From contig NC_045697.1 of assembly GCF_009834535.1 (NCBI RefSeq), positions 110,176,001-110,240,000 of the forward strand: DNA of 64,000 nt, given 5' to 3'. Shown piece by piece: positions 37,745-50,702 of this stretch (the stretch's first letter is position 1; every line of letters begins with the position of its first letter). The notes beneath the pieces were generated by a model, which ran no database searches, was not told the origin of the DNA, and was given only the letters and a program-made list of their open reading frames with translations. A program made the position numbers and the translations under genes. Origin of the DNA: Camelus ferus. Taxonomy: Eukaryota.

Positions 37745-40419
37745 CATGCCCTGAAAAAAAAAAAAAAAAAGTCCAGGACTCTGGCAACCTGGACCAGAAA
37801 AAAAGCCTCTTAATAATAAAAATGACCTTAATAATCAACCAGACTTTCAACGCTCTTCCACTACCAAGCCAGAATCACAATCTGTTCCCCAACTTTGAGA
37901 AAACAAAATAAGTTAATAGAAAGAACATTCTCAATTTTAATCTCTTCTTTTGCACTATTCTCCCTAATCGTTTCAGCCATACTTGTCTGCCCGCAGACCC
38001 TGGTGGATGGCAGAAAGAGTGAACAACTGGTCATAGGAAAAGCACCTGACTGTTCCTGACTTGGGAGTTTGTCTTTTGCATGGTCAGATTCCTCTTACAC
38101 GGCCAAATTTTCTGGTAGTAAAATTCTTCCTAGTTAATAGGATAGTTTTAAATGGGTTTCATTGTATTCTTCCAGGGGCAGTTATTGGAATAAGGGTGAA
38201 AAACATCAAAATAATCAAAACTATCTGTTTTATTTTACATATGTAGTAAATGAGGCTCAGGCAAGGCTGAGAACATGCCCAAAATTAGGCAGATGGCCCT
38301 GGTGCAGGGATGACTAAATCCGGATGCCGCGGCGCCCAGACCAGCTCCTGACTAAGGACGAGACATGGCTTTTCCATCGGCTGAAGCCCCTGCTGGTTCT
38401 CCCCACGCTGGAGAGTGCTTTTCATTCATTCGCTGAGCCTCCATTTTCTAACCCTGAAGCTAAAACAAGAAAGAATCTATCAAAGGGGTTTTAAAAGTAT
38501 TTTATGAAAAGTGTCTATTTTAGAAAAGTCGGTGCAACACAGTAAGAGCCTATGTGTTTGCTATAAAAAGTGGAGACTAAATACCAGGTGTTCTTCCCTT
38601 TTAGATCCATGCTGTCTTTCTATGAGAAATAGTTTGCCATATACAGCCTTTTTATCCTTTATGAAATCAATATAGTCTCCTAGCTATAATATAAAGGGAG
38701 AAAAAGGCAAGTGGTTTAAAATGAAACACCATCTATTTTGATACATAATGATGACTTTCCTAGGACACATAATGAGGGAGACACTTGCAAATATTTTTAA
38801 TGAGCAAGTATGAAATTATGAGAAGTAAGACACCGTTCAATATGCTTTTGTACAGATTTTATAATAAGGGCCACATAAAGGCACACACACAGAGCACCAG
38901 CACAAATGCTGCACAGGAATGCTTCATATTTGACATTTGAAAATAAGGGTTAATTTAGTGTATATTCATGTGCACACATGCAGAGTCAGCATGCACAGGG
39001 CAGCTACAATGCAGACGGATACAAGCCTCCTGAATTGGTGATGTGATTTTAGCAGGCAATGCTGTTGCTATCAGTAATGTATTTCGCAAAACAGTAATTT
39101 TGGTAACCGAGATGACGAAGTATTATCTTCCCTCAGTTTACCTGGTAGTTGTATTCCTGGGGAAATCAGAGCATTTGAAATCAGTGCAAAAATTGTCTTG
39201 TGTTTACACAGGAAAGAGTAAGTTTCTAGATTTGGATAATCATGAGTAGCTTCTCATCTCCTTGAATGTTGAACTCTTCAGTCAAAAGGTAGGAGGAACT
39301 CAAACAAATTCTACACTGTGTGGGAAACTGAGAAACAGCCATTATACTAAAAAGGGCAGGATGCATTAGGAAGTGTGCACAGGGCGTCACAGGAGCACAG
39401 AGGAGCACCCAGCTCAGTACAGACGTGCAGAGGGAAGGCTTCAAGGAGAGGAGGTGGGGTGATGCTTCAACTAGACTAGAACAAAAACAAAGCCAGCGAG
39501 GAGAGTGGAAGTGGACAAGAATTTTGTTATGAGTGAATGTGGGTGCAGGGGAAGGTGGGAAGGGGGCTGGATAGATACAGGAAAGGAGGACGTGATGAAA
39601 GACTGAAATGTATCCCGAAGTCTTTCAGCTGGGAGTCACATCCAGTTACATTCAGAACACTCTTTTTGGCAGCAATAGAGAATGATGACTTGGAAAGGGT
39701 AAATCAGATGCGTTAGGAGGTTGTTAGAGTAACACCGGTAAGAAATAGTGAAGGCTTAAAATAATGGCCAGGGTACTGAGTGAAGAGGATAACAGAGGTG
39801 GATTCGATGGGATGGGGAGACTAGATGGAGAGGGAGGTGAGGGACGAAAAGGAGTCCCTTGTGGGATGGGAAGTGGTAGCTTTGGAGGGAGGATAATTCT
39901 TTTGGCACTAGTGGATGGGGGGTACTTACTAAACCTAATCCCCATCAGTGCCCACCAGTAACTTGCTAATTACTACCAAGTATAATAGGCATGCCACCAT
40001 TATCGGCCAATCACCCCACATCACACCCTACAGACAGTGGTTTAATAACACATTTCAGCAAACTTTTATTGACATCATTGATATGACAGGCATTATGTAG
40101 ACACTAGAAAAGCAAAGTGAAGAAGGCTGAAAACCTGGTCTCAAGGAGCTTCAGCCACCCAGGAGGCATCATGGGAAGTAAGCCTTGGGCAGAAACTCAC
40201 TGTCTGTGCTATAACCCTAGCTCCAGCATAACGCCTGGCACAAAGCAAAAGCCCTGTTAATATTTACAGAATATGAAACATCTGATTAAGCACCCAAATA
40301 CTTCATTAAAGCATCGCTGCTTTCCCTTCTAAAAATTTCCCAGTTTTACTAGACTGGAGGGGAAAACGGGTTCAAGGTAGCATTTAAAGAACTTAAGCAG
40401 GTTTAAACACAGATGCTGC

Positions 40420-41880
40420 CTTGAATCCATTTTCCCCTCCAGCCACAGCCCTTTCTCTCTCCATCCTGTTGCAGCTAAACCATTCAAGAGTTTCCACATT
40501 ATCTCTTTCTATTTCCTCACTTCTTACTCCCCCCTTAATCTGCTCCAATCTGGTTTATCACCCCATCACTCCACTGAAAACGCTCTTGCTAAAGTCACAA
40601 ATAGCCTCCATGTTGCTAAATCCAATAAACATTTCCATCCTCATCTGACTTAACCTCACTCAACAAAGCTCACGACTCTTTACTTCATGATACATTCTCT
40701 TCTCCTGATTTCACCAAACCACCCTCTCTTGGTTTCCCTCCTACTTCGCTAAATAGCCCTCTCGGTCTCCTAAGCTGAGTCATCCTCTTCCATCCAACTT
40801 TTCAGTGCTGCAGTTCTCCAGATGTTTGGCTTTCAATCTCTTCTCATGCTTCTCTGCTTAAACCATTTCATCTCTGCCCATGACCTCAAACTACCACCCA
40901 TCTGCCGACAACCCTTCAATTCCACCATCTGTCCAGAACACACTTTTGAGCCCTCATCCTTTAAATACAACTCTTCAGCATCTCCATGTGAGTGACCACA
41001 GGTCCCTCAAACTCAGTATGTCCAACTCTGAACTGGATGGAGATGTACAAGTCAGAAACCTAAGGGTCATCCTTGCTTCACCCATTTCTTTGCCCAGCCC
41101 CACTGCATCAGTAAGTGTTGACTCTACACTCAAAGCATCCCCTGAAACATCCACTATTCTCCTTCTCTACTGTGACCACATCTGTCCAAATCCTGGACTA
41201 TGCAATAATCTACAAAGGTCTTCTGTGTCCAAACTTGGTCCCTATCTAATCCATTCTCCAACCAAAATCAAGAGTGATCTAAAGAAAAACCAAAACAAAA
41301 AAATTACACCTGTTTACTGTTCATAAGTTCTTCAGTAATTTTCTATTGTTTTTTTTTGGAGGAGGGGTATAGCTCTTTGGGGGGTAGAATGCGTGCTTAG
41401 CACACACGAGGTCATGGGTTCAATCCCTAGTATCTCCACTTAAAATAATAAATAAATAACCCTAATTAACCCCTTCACAAAAAATAATTAATTAAAAAAA
41501 ATAAAATGAATAAATTCAACTTAAATTTTTTTCTATTGTTTTAGTGTAAATAGCGTTACATCCTACAGGCCCCTGAAGACCTGGGCCCCATCACCTCACC
41601 AGCCTCACTAGTGACACTCCCCTCCCCTCGGCCTCTGTGATGCATCACACTAGCCTTTCAGGTCTTCCTCTGTCGCCTGTGCCTTCTCGCCAAAGGCCCC
41701 AGGCAATGCTGCTCCCTCTGCCTGGAATGTTCTGAATCCCCCTGCCCTGGCACAGGAGATTCCCACCCATCCGTCAAAGCTCAGCTGAAGGGACACCCAT
41801 CAGAGAAGCCTTTTGGGTCCAGCCCGAAGCCCCTACTCTACACACCCACAGCATCCAACACTCTTTCTCCACAGACCTCT
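40420..41880 (+). mobile_element. L2 fragments
   Basis: ccactgaaaacgctcttgctaaagtcac, ccctcaaactcagtatgtccaa, gctccctctgcctggaatgttct. Confidence 0.75.
41358..41523 (+). mobile_element. tRNA-Ala-derived SINE (Vic-like)
   Basis: ggaggggtatagctc..gcgtgcttagcacacacgaggtcatgggttcaatccctagtatctcca; flanking ttttctattgtttt repeats. Confidence 0.88.
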
Positions 41881-41899
41881 CCAAAATCACCGTTAACAG

Positions 41900-42285
41900 T
41901 TCTATGGATATAATTCACATACCATAAAATTCACACATTGGAAGTGTAGAATTCAATGGTTTTTAGTATATTCATAGAAATGTACCACCATCAACACAGT
42001 CAATGTTAGAACATTTTCATCATCTCTGAAAGAAATACACAGCCTTTATCTATCACTTCCCTATCCAAACCCACCCTTTATCTGCTGCTGCCCTACCCCT
42101 ACCCCAAATATCCCTACCCTAGCCCTAAGCTAACACTACACTACTTTTTGTCTCTACAGATTTTCCCTATTCTGGACTTTCCATATGAATGGAATCATAA
42201 AAAGTGTGACTGGTTTCTTTCATGAAGCATAATGTTTTCCAGGTTCATCCACGTTGTAGAGTGTGTCAGAGCTTCACTCCTTTTG
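41900..42285 (-). mobile_element. L1MB-like 3'UTR fragment
   Basis: atataattcacataccataaaattcac..tcaatggtttttagtatattca..aatggaatcata..aggttcatccacgttgta. Confidence 0.8.
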
Positions 42286-42634
42286 ATGTCCTCAAAATCA
42301 TTTTTCCTTTTCAAAAATTAGTTGTCTCTCCTGCTAAAACGTAGTTTCCCTGAGACCAGGAACTAGGTCTCATTTTTGTCCTGTCTCAAGTGTTTCAAAA
42401 AGGATCTGTTGAACTACCAGCAAATCCAAAAAGTGAGCTTGGCTCAGAGCCCCTGCAATATGTCCCGATGATTTTGAGGGTTTTAGAATCCAGTTGAGCT
42501 TCTTTCCATCACTGAGATAATAAAACTCATCCTGCAATCTGTATCTGTCCATTTTAGCAATCATTTGCAAATAATTAAAATCTATCAGTGCATCCTTAAC
42601 CTTCTTATACACCTTTGCACCTTTTCTTAAAACT

Positions 42635-42788
42635 TTCAGACGTATGCAGATCTCCTGAGGATCTTGGTTCAACGCAGATTCTGGTTCAGGAAATCGTGGA
42701 CAGGGCCTGAGCGTCCACGTCCCAACAAGCTCCCTGGTGGCGCCCACGCCACCACTCACTCCCGGGAACGCACTTTCAGCAGCAGGGC
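42635..42788. mobile_element. MER5-like hAT-Charlie fragment
   Basis: gcagattctggttcagga..gggcctgag..aacaagctccctggtg..cactttcagcagca. Confidence 0.65.
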
Positions 42789-45700
42789 CCGAAAGCGTGA
42801 CACGTTCGTCATCTTCCTCAAGCTTGATGGCGTTGCTGTATGTTCAAACTCAGTGTTGACAATTATTGTCCTGAAGAAGCACACAGTAGGTGCTTTATGA
42901 ATACCCGTCAAATTATTACTTAGTAAATGTATAAGTGGCATCCAGGTATAAAAAGGCTCCTTGACAAACAAAAGCCGGTGAGACTGCACGAGCATGTAAA
43001 AGCAAGGAGCTTCAAGAACCAAAGCATTCACGAAGAAGAAAGAACTAAACTGGATCCTGAACAACTATAACTCAGGGCATAAGAAGTAAGTTACTGAGCT
43101 GGATGTGAACCAGAATGAAACTGAACCCAGAAAAGAACTTGTGAACATACCAAGCAAATGTGTACAGTATCCGAAAAAGAAAATAAAAAGCCTCACTTGT
43201 CTTTACACAGTGATTACAAGGCGCTAAAGAAAATGAGGATAGACGGGCTGTGGAAAAAATGCAAATTTATAGGGACTAGGGAAAAAAAAAAAACATGTAA
43301 GAACAAGAAAATGATGATGAAAGGGAGCTACAAATCTAAACGACTAAAATGAAATTTTTTTTTTGAGAAAATGAATCATGCGGACATTAAATTGAATGAC
43401 TAAATCAAAAGAGAAATCTCTTGGATTTCAGGATAAACAGTCCAAATGCCTGCTGTGAAGAAACACATGAACATTGGCACTGGGGGTTTTAAAAGCTGCG
43501 ACTTGTCAGAAACCTTATGAGCTCTCAGTAAATCTGTGAGGGCGATGTGCCTCAGCCTTTGCCTCCAATCAGATGTCTCACAGAAGCCGAGAAGGTAATC
43601 TCCCTGAAAGCCCATCCTATTTAAGATTCAGGACTGTGTTATCTGCAAATACTGCCTTCTCCTCTGCGGGTACCAAATGGAGGCGGGAGGATGCCCTACA
43701 GTGGGACCTCATCCGCCCCAGTGATCTCACCATCTCCCACAGGTAGAGAGTCCAAAGATAACCGCGGAACTCAATCATTCACTTTTGGCAGCTCTATTTC
43801 TTTTTTAATTAACAACGTTTCTAAGCAAGAGGGAAGACCTCACTGCAGGAAGCAGGTTCCTGATAAGCACACCTTGACAGCAGCAGATAAACAGCTCTCC
43901 GGGCCAAGGGAATCGGGGCCGTAACAAGTGACAGCAATTACTCACTGCGCTGGGCAACAGGGACCCGACAGCGTCGACCCCTGCAGGGAAGAGGCTGCCC
44001 ACCAAAGTCATCCCAAAGTCGCAGCTGAATGAAAGGACTACCTACTTTTCGAGAGCCTCTAGCGCCGTCAGAGGAAGAAGGAGCTTTGTGGTACATCCGC
44101 ATCATGCAAAGACTTGGAAATAGCAGTCCCAGTACCTCCAGTCCCTCAGGTGGCCTTCGGAGGACTCTCCTCTTCAAAATCCCTAAGCCAAAGGAAAGCT
44201 ACATTTCTTCCGGAGGGAGCAATTTAATCAACCGACATCGCTTGTGTTTCCCAATATTGCTGGGAAAGAAAACACCCTTTAGTAGGAATACAAAACCCCT
44301 CCTCTACTTAGAGTCCAAATACCAATTATCAGGTCCTCTTAATCATTAAAATTGGAGCTCTGAGGCTGACGCGGTCATTCGGAGAACTTCGCATTCTAAC
44401 ACTTAGCGGCAGCTGAATTTCTCTTCCACCAGATCGCTCCATCATATAACAGAAAACGCATTTCTGCTTCATCAGGCTCCACTTAACTAAAGGAAAACAC
44501 AGAGCTGGGAGGTAACTCCCAAAGCCACAGTGCTTAAATGAACCATAACCAATTTTTAAACAGGGCTTTTTAAAAGTAATGCTGTCATCAGCTTCTCAGT
44601 CCACACACCACAGGCCCCTCACCCCAGCCAAGTGTGTCTAATTGCTTCTCCCCTGAGCTCGCCCACACTCTGGGAGCTGTTCTGGCCCCAGGCAAAAATA
44701 AGAAGGTGTTCAATATAACCCCCCACTCTACTACTGCCACGTTCTGTCCCGGATACCCCACCAGCGCTCCCAGCTTGGAACACCCTGGGGCCCAGGCAGG
44801 GGCAGGGGGATCCTTGGCCCTTTCTTGGATCCCTGACCCTGCCTTGCTTTCCAGTTTCCTTCCTTGGTTGACCTCTCGGTCTCTGTTTTCCCTCAGGATT
44901 CAGGTGTCACCTGCCTAGATCAAAATGACATGCCAGACCCTTCCTGAGGCCTGAGCCCTGTCCACCGACCCTGCCCCAACACAAGCCCCCACCTAGTCTA
45001 ACCTGATGCCACCCAAGTCCTCGTACAAGTGAGAGAAAAGTCTGTTTCATCTTACCTACATCTACACTTCACCTTTAGTTACTTCTTAGTGACAGACGGC
45101 AAAAGCAGCTGTGAATGGCTAACAGAGAACAGGTGTCCTTACTTGGGGACAGTGATAATAACGTAGATCTTTGAAGTTCACTGCTTTGTGCATTTTGTGT
45201 GCATTTTGTGCATCTTCTGTCCGTCTGTGCTAATACTTGACAGTATAAGGGGAGAAGCAGGAAGTCACCTGCGACAGCTCACATGACCTGTATGTGATGC
45301 GCACAAGGCAAAGTGTTGATGCATAAAAGAGGTAAAATGCCACAGGAAGTCACAGGTTACTCCAAGCTACAGTGATTCAACTCTGTTCCACTGAGAAGGT
45401 GGCACCTGGGTTGTCTCAAGAGATGGAGAAATTTCAGTCACATAGAAATAAAGGGACAGGGGATTCCACACAGAGAATTGCAAAGGCAGATGCAAAGAGG
45501 TGGAGAGCCGTCTGCAAAGAACAAGGACCCCGGAGTTGGAAAGACTGGGCTTGAAGCTCAGCTCCGTCAATTACTACAGAGTGATCTCGGGAAATGCCCC
45601 CCCCAGCATCAACTTGCTTTCTCTTCATTGTTAAAATGCAAAGAATAAAAACCTTGTCACGTAGGATTTTTGTGATAAAATATATAGTGGAAGCCAATCC

Positions 45701-46989
45701 ATTGTCCTATGCATTGTAAGCAGGGAACAGATGGAATATTCATGCACAGCTTGGCTGAGGGAAGTGTATATGAAGGTGGGGAGTGAGGAACTATGTTGGG
45801 ACTGTGGTCTGGGGTCATATCACGTGCTGCTCTGAGCTCAAACTCAGGATGACATGAAGAATATGGAGAAGGAGAGTATGGCCGAGGCTGGACTTCAGAG
45901 GAACTTAATTTGGTCCCGAGAAGGAGAGGCAGATTGGAAGACTGGAGATAGGAAATCCAGTCAGGTATCAAATAAGTCATGCAAAAAACAACAAGGGTGA
46001 AAATAAAATGAGAGGGCCAATTCCAAGCATTAAAAATTACGGATCTGTCAAACTTCGGTCAATATGTGGACGTTGGAGTCAAAGGGAATGGAAAAGAGAA
46101 AACCGGGTAAAAAGACAAGGCTACTGATACATTTAGAGAACCCCAAACAGGGGGTAAGTTTGAAAAGAAAAAAAAAAATGAATGTAATTAAAGTATGAGG
46201 TTCTCCAGGACATTTGATTGTGACTCTAAACATTCAGGAAAATCTTATTGAAATCTTCAAACAATTGTAGAGCATAACCTGACGATGGTATACAAATTGG
46301 ATCACTTATTTTGCGTGCAACAGCAAGGGGTGACTGTTTAATGTCCTGAATCTGGCTTAGGCAGACCGCTGTCCTGTTCTCTGGCATGGAACCAGGCATA
46401 GTGGTAGTGCCTAGTGGACCAGTCTCGGTGAGCAGACAGGCACTGCGGGATGAACACGCCCCAGCAAATAGGAGGGCTGTCACCACCGTTCCTCATTGTT
46501 CGGCTGTGCAACATCTGACCCCCGCTTCCTCCTATAGGGAAGCTTTCAGTTTGTGCATTTTGACGGGGAGCCAGGTCCTACTTCTCACTGCACAAGCCAA
46601 AGGAGATCACGTACTCCCTCCCCTCACCCTTGGCAAATGGAGTGCGCACAGGTGTCCGAGACTTGGCCAGATGGAAGTTTTCACAAGCAAACAAACTTTT
46701 GAGCAAGTGCAGCAGGAACAAAGGAACAGTGCAGAACTCGGCCTTCACAGTGGCACCCAGCAGCAGCAGATTCAGCACATCACTCCTGCAACGTGACCCC
46801 ACTCCTCTGGGTGTCTGCCCACACACCTAGCCTAGTTTCCTAGACTTGGGATCAATTTTTCAAACTGTCCAATATCCTTCCAAGAATTTGTTTCCTCCTT
46901 AAGTCAGCCAAGGTCGGTTTCTGTTGCCATATCACTTCAGAACTTCAAACTTCTCTTAATCAATTTCTTCTGTCTATAATAAAAACCAT

Positions 46990-47255
46990 TATACAGTAGG
47001 GAGTAGCCAAGACTTTAGACTAGGATTCCCTTAGGCTTGTCCCCGAGCCCTGCTCCTTATTAGCTGTGAGAGCTCCAGTAAATCACTTCACACCCTGTGC
47101 CTTCATTTCTACTTCCGCAAAAATAGGGATCCTAAGAGTTACACACCTCGTGGTGCATGTCTTGGGAATACTTCTGATAATATAAAGTACCTACCAGAGG
47201 GCTTGGCACATATTAAGTATAAACGTCAGTCATGATTATGATAATGCGGTAACAA
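46990..47255. mobile_element. MIR
   Basis: ttattagctgtgag..aaatcacttcacaccctgtgccttcatttctac..cttggcacatattaagt. Confidence 0.7.
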
Positions 47256-48221
47256 TAAGAATGTAGGTGCCCTCAGATAAGCCACGGTCACTGTCTTGAG
47301 CACTTTGGAATCGAATGGAAGAGGCAAGATGCATACATATTCACTACTCCATAAGCAGGAAAGAATGGCTTAGCGCACACGTATAGGGCACAGTGGGAGT
47401 CCAGCCCGTGCATCCAATCAACTTATGGAAGGTTCTTTATCACACTAGCCACATTTATGCCACTGAAATATTGGGCCATACCCTAAGGTCATGAAAACCT
47501 TTCAAGGTTCACCTGAGAACTCATGACAGGCTCAGATTCAAAGAGCGAAGGAGCAAGGGACATTTGTTTCAAGCCTGGACAGGGTCACAAATTCGAAAGC
47601 ACTCTCCAGCAGTCTGTCTCCGTGTCCCTCTGAGGTTTCTGATCAGACTTGGAGATTCCAGGCAGAATAAAAATAAGATGTGACCTCAGAAGATCCTTCC
47701 TGAGGACTAATCCCGCAGGATAAGGAGTTAACTATAGTCTGACAGTCTCTTCTGCGGAGCAGAGGGTGTTGTATAAATTCTTGGGCCTGTTCTCCCAGCT
47801 ACAGCCTGAATTACGGATCTTTTTACATCCAAGCAGGAGTTGTGTCTTGCGGCATCTATTGTAGTTTCCTTGTATCATCTAAAACAACACTTCTTAGGGA
47901 TCCAATTGCAGCACCATCTCGCACAGCTGCTTTTGGGGATTCGATTTCACTTTTTCTCTATAAATTTCCAATTGCCCCAGCAGCATTTAAAGAAAAAGAC
48001 CATCTTACCCTATGGTTCTGCAGTGCCACTTCTGAAATAGATCAAGTGTCCCTTTGCGTGAGTCTGTTTCTGGGCTCCCTTCTCTTCCACAGATTAATCT
48101 GTCCATTCCCACACCATTCCCACATTAGGCACTATCCTAATTACTACGCTTTAATGATAAGTCTTCTTTCCTGGTAGCTCAAGTCCCCTGACCTTGTTCT
48201 TTTTCAAAAGTACCTCAGTTA

Positions 48222-48541
48222 GAAATAAAAATACCATATGATATCGCTTATATGTGGAATCTAAATAAACGGGGACACAAATGAACTTATCTACAAAACA
48301 GAAATAGACTCACAGACATAGAGAACAAACTTACGGTTACCAGGAGGTAAAGGGGGTGGGGACGGATAAATTGGGAGTTCAAAACAGTGATGGAAGTGAT
48401 GGAAAATGTGAGCTATCTTGATTGTGGTGTGGTTCACTGGTGTACACATCTATCAAAATTCATCAAATTGTACATCTGAAATATGTGTAGTTTACTGTAC
48501 ATGAATCATACCACAATAAAGGCTTTTTTTTTAAAAAAAAA
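48222..48541 (+). mobile_element. Composite L1 3' insertion with poly(A)
   Basis: TSD AAAAGT(AC/GC)(C/G)TCAGTTA at 48206-48221 and 48542-48557; 5' half resembles the young L1 3'UTR, 3' half an older L1 3' end. Confidence 0.8.
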
Positions 48542-49568
48542 AAAAGTGCGTCAGTTAATCTTGGTCCTCTTCAAACACTTCAGAGCCAGCTGCTCAAACT
48601 CCACCCAAAAGAACCCTCTGGGATTTTTACTGGGATTGCATAGAATCTACAGGGAGCATTAACATCTTTACAATATGGAAAAAGAAAAAGAGTGAACAGA
48701 CCACAGCTAGAGTGTGGGGAGAGATTTAACACAAAATTACATTTTGAGTTTTGGCTATGATGGGGGTTGGGTGTTTTATTTACTGAAATAAGACTGTGTG
48801 CGTAACTTAAAGAGAACACAAGACCTGGAGATGTGAGAGTAATGACAAAAGACTGACTGCTCAAGTTGCTACCCAGATGTGGAAACAATACCCTTTTCTG
48901 GATACACTTTAAGGTGAAGATAAGAGACAAAATTAAAGTTGATTATATCATAAGTTATGCTTGTTCAACTGGTATCGTTTAATACCAGTTAGAACTTTTC
49001 TCAGAAAATGTCTTGGACATCTAGTATTTTGTGAAAAGGTTAGTTACCTTCTCTTACAATTTCTCACTGCTTATTACTGGTATCTAGGAATGCTTCTGAG
49101 CGTTTATGTTAACCTCATACAGTGAAGAGAAGTCATCTATTAACTAGATGACATATCTTCTTGAACTTTCAATGCAGTCAGTAACATTGATTATCTAAGT
49201 TTCTTCCAGGATTTGTCATGGCGTTTCAAGGCTCCTGACCCATGAGGACACTGAGATATCACAGTCCAGCCTCAAAGGCCACAGGAAGCTTGGTTCCATT
49301 TTTGGTCAGCTGACTCTCTCTGAGTCCCCAGGCTGCCCCAGCCATCAGTCCTCTTTATCTGAGGAAGCTGGACTCCTAGCCACCACATCCTGCTTCCAGA
49401 TCATTGCAGAACCAACGCCCAACAACCCTAGGTCTTTGACTTCAATTACTGTTCTTTATTCGTTCCACAGAGAAGAGGGTGTTCTTTTTGAGTCTGAACA
49501 TGTATTTTTGGTTACTTATTTTATTATTTCATAAAGAAGGGAAGGTGGCCACTGAAAGAACAGGTATG

Positions 49569-50057
49569 TGCTTACGCTTCTTTTTTAATTACTTATTGTA
49601 GTGCAGTCAGTTTACAATGTTGTGTCAATTTCTGGTGTACAGCATCATGTTTCAGTCATACAAGTACATACATATATTCATTTTCATATTCTTTTTCATT
49701 ATAGGTTACTACAAGAGATATTAAATATAGTTCCCTGTGCTGTACAGTATAAACTTGTTTACCTATTTTATATGTAGTAGTTAGTAGTTAGTATCTAAAT
49801 CTCAAACTCCCAATTTATCCCTTCCCATCCCCTTTTCCCCCTGGTAACCATAAGTTTGTTTTCTATGTCTGTGATTCTGTTTCTGTTTTGCAAATAAACT
49901 CATTTTGGGGTTTTTGCGGTTTTTTTAGATTCCACATATGAGTGATATCATATGGCTATTTTCCTTCCCCTTCTGGCTTACTTCACTCAGAAGTGAAAAG
50001 AAAAACAGTAAAATGAATGAATGAATTAATTAATTAAATAGCTTGATAATAAAAAAG
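49569..50057. mobile_element. L1 3' end in inverted configuration with non-L1 A-rich tail
   Basis: L1 3'UTR on minus strand 49581-49992, then a plus-strand A-rich segment; TSD AAGAA(C/T)AGGTATG at 49556-49568 and 50058-50070. Confidence 0.8.
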
Positions 50058-50218
50058 AAGAATAGGTATGGAGAATAAAACTTCAGGATAATCAGGGTAG
50101 TTACTGAATGAGTGTGAGAGAGAGAATAGAAGCTTCAATCAGTCCAACAGCTGTGCCCCTAAGCCTGTCTCAGCCCTTGTCCACCTTGTTTTGTGCCCTT
50201 CAAGGCTCACTTTGTATG

Positions 50219-50310
50219 TTTGTTAGTTTTTAGTAGTAGGTGCTGGGGATTGAACCCAGGGCCTCATGCATGCAAAGCAGGCACTCTACCACTGAGCTAT
50301 ATCCTCCCCT
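50219..50310 (-). mobile_element. tRNA-Ala-derived SINE (Vic-like) within an old LTR-like fragment
   Basis: Reverse tRNA-like head; TSD AGGCTCAC(T/C)TTG(T/C)ATG. Confidence 0.9.
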
Positions 50311-50524
50311 GAGGCTCACCTTGCATGGATGACGTCCTGAGGCTCCCGTGCTCTCTGGGCTTTCAGTAAGCTTAGCCAATAGGAGGCAGAGTAGGAGGTT
50401 AGAGGGAGAGAGTGACAGGCCTCCACACAGCTCTCTGGTCCCACCTCTCTCTCTCTGTCTCTCTGTCTCTCTCTCTCTTCCTCCCTCTCTCCCTCAGTTC
50501 CAGTAACCCAGTAACGGATTCCTA

Positions 50525-50695
50525 ACTATGGTTTGAATGTGTCTCCCCAAAAGATATGTTCAGATCCCAACCTCTGGTACCTGTGAATAAAACCTTATTT
50601 GGAAATAGGGTCTTTGCAGATGTAACCAAGTTAAGATGAGGTCATGTTCAATTAGGTGGACCGTAAATCCAATGACTGGTGTCTCTATTAAGAGT
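50525..50695 (+). mobile_element. MLT1B-like MaLR LTR 5' part, truncated by L1
   Basis: gaatgtgtctccccaaaagatatgtt..ccttatttggaaatagggtctttgcagatgtaa..aagttaagatgaggtca. Confidence 0.85.
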
Positions 50696-50702
50696 AAAGT
50701 TA

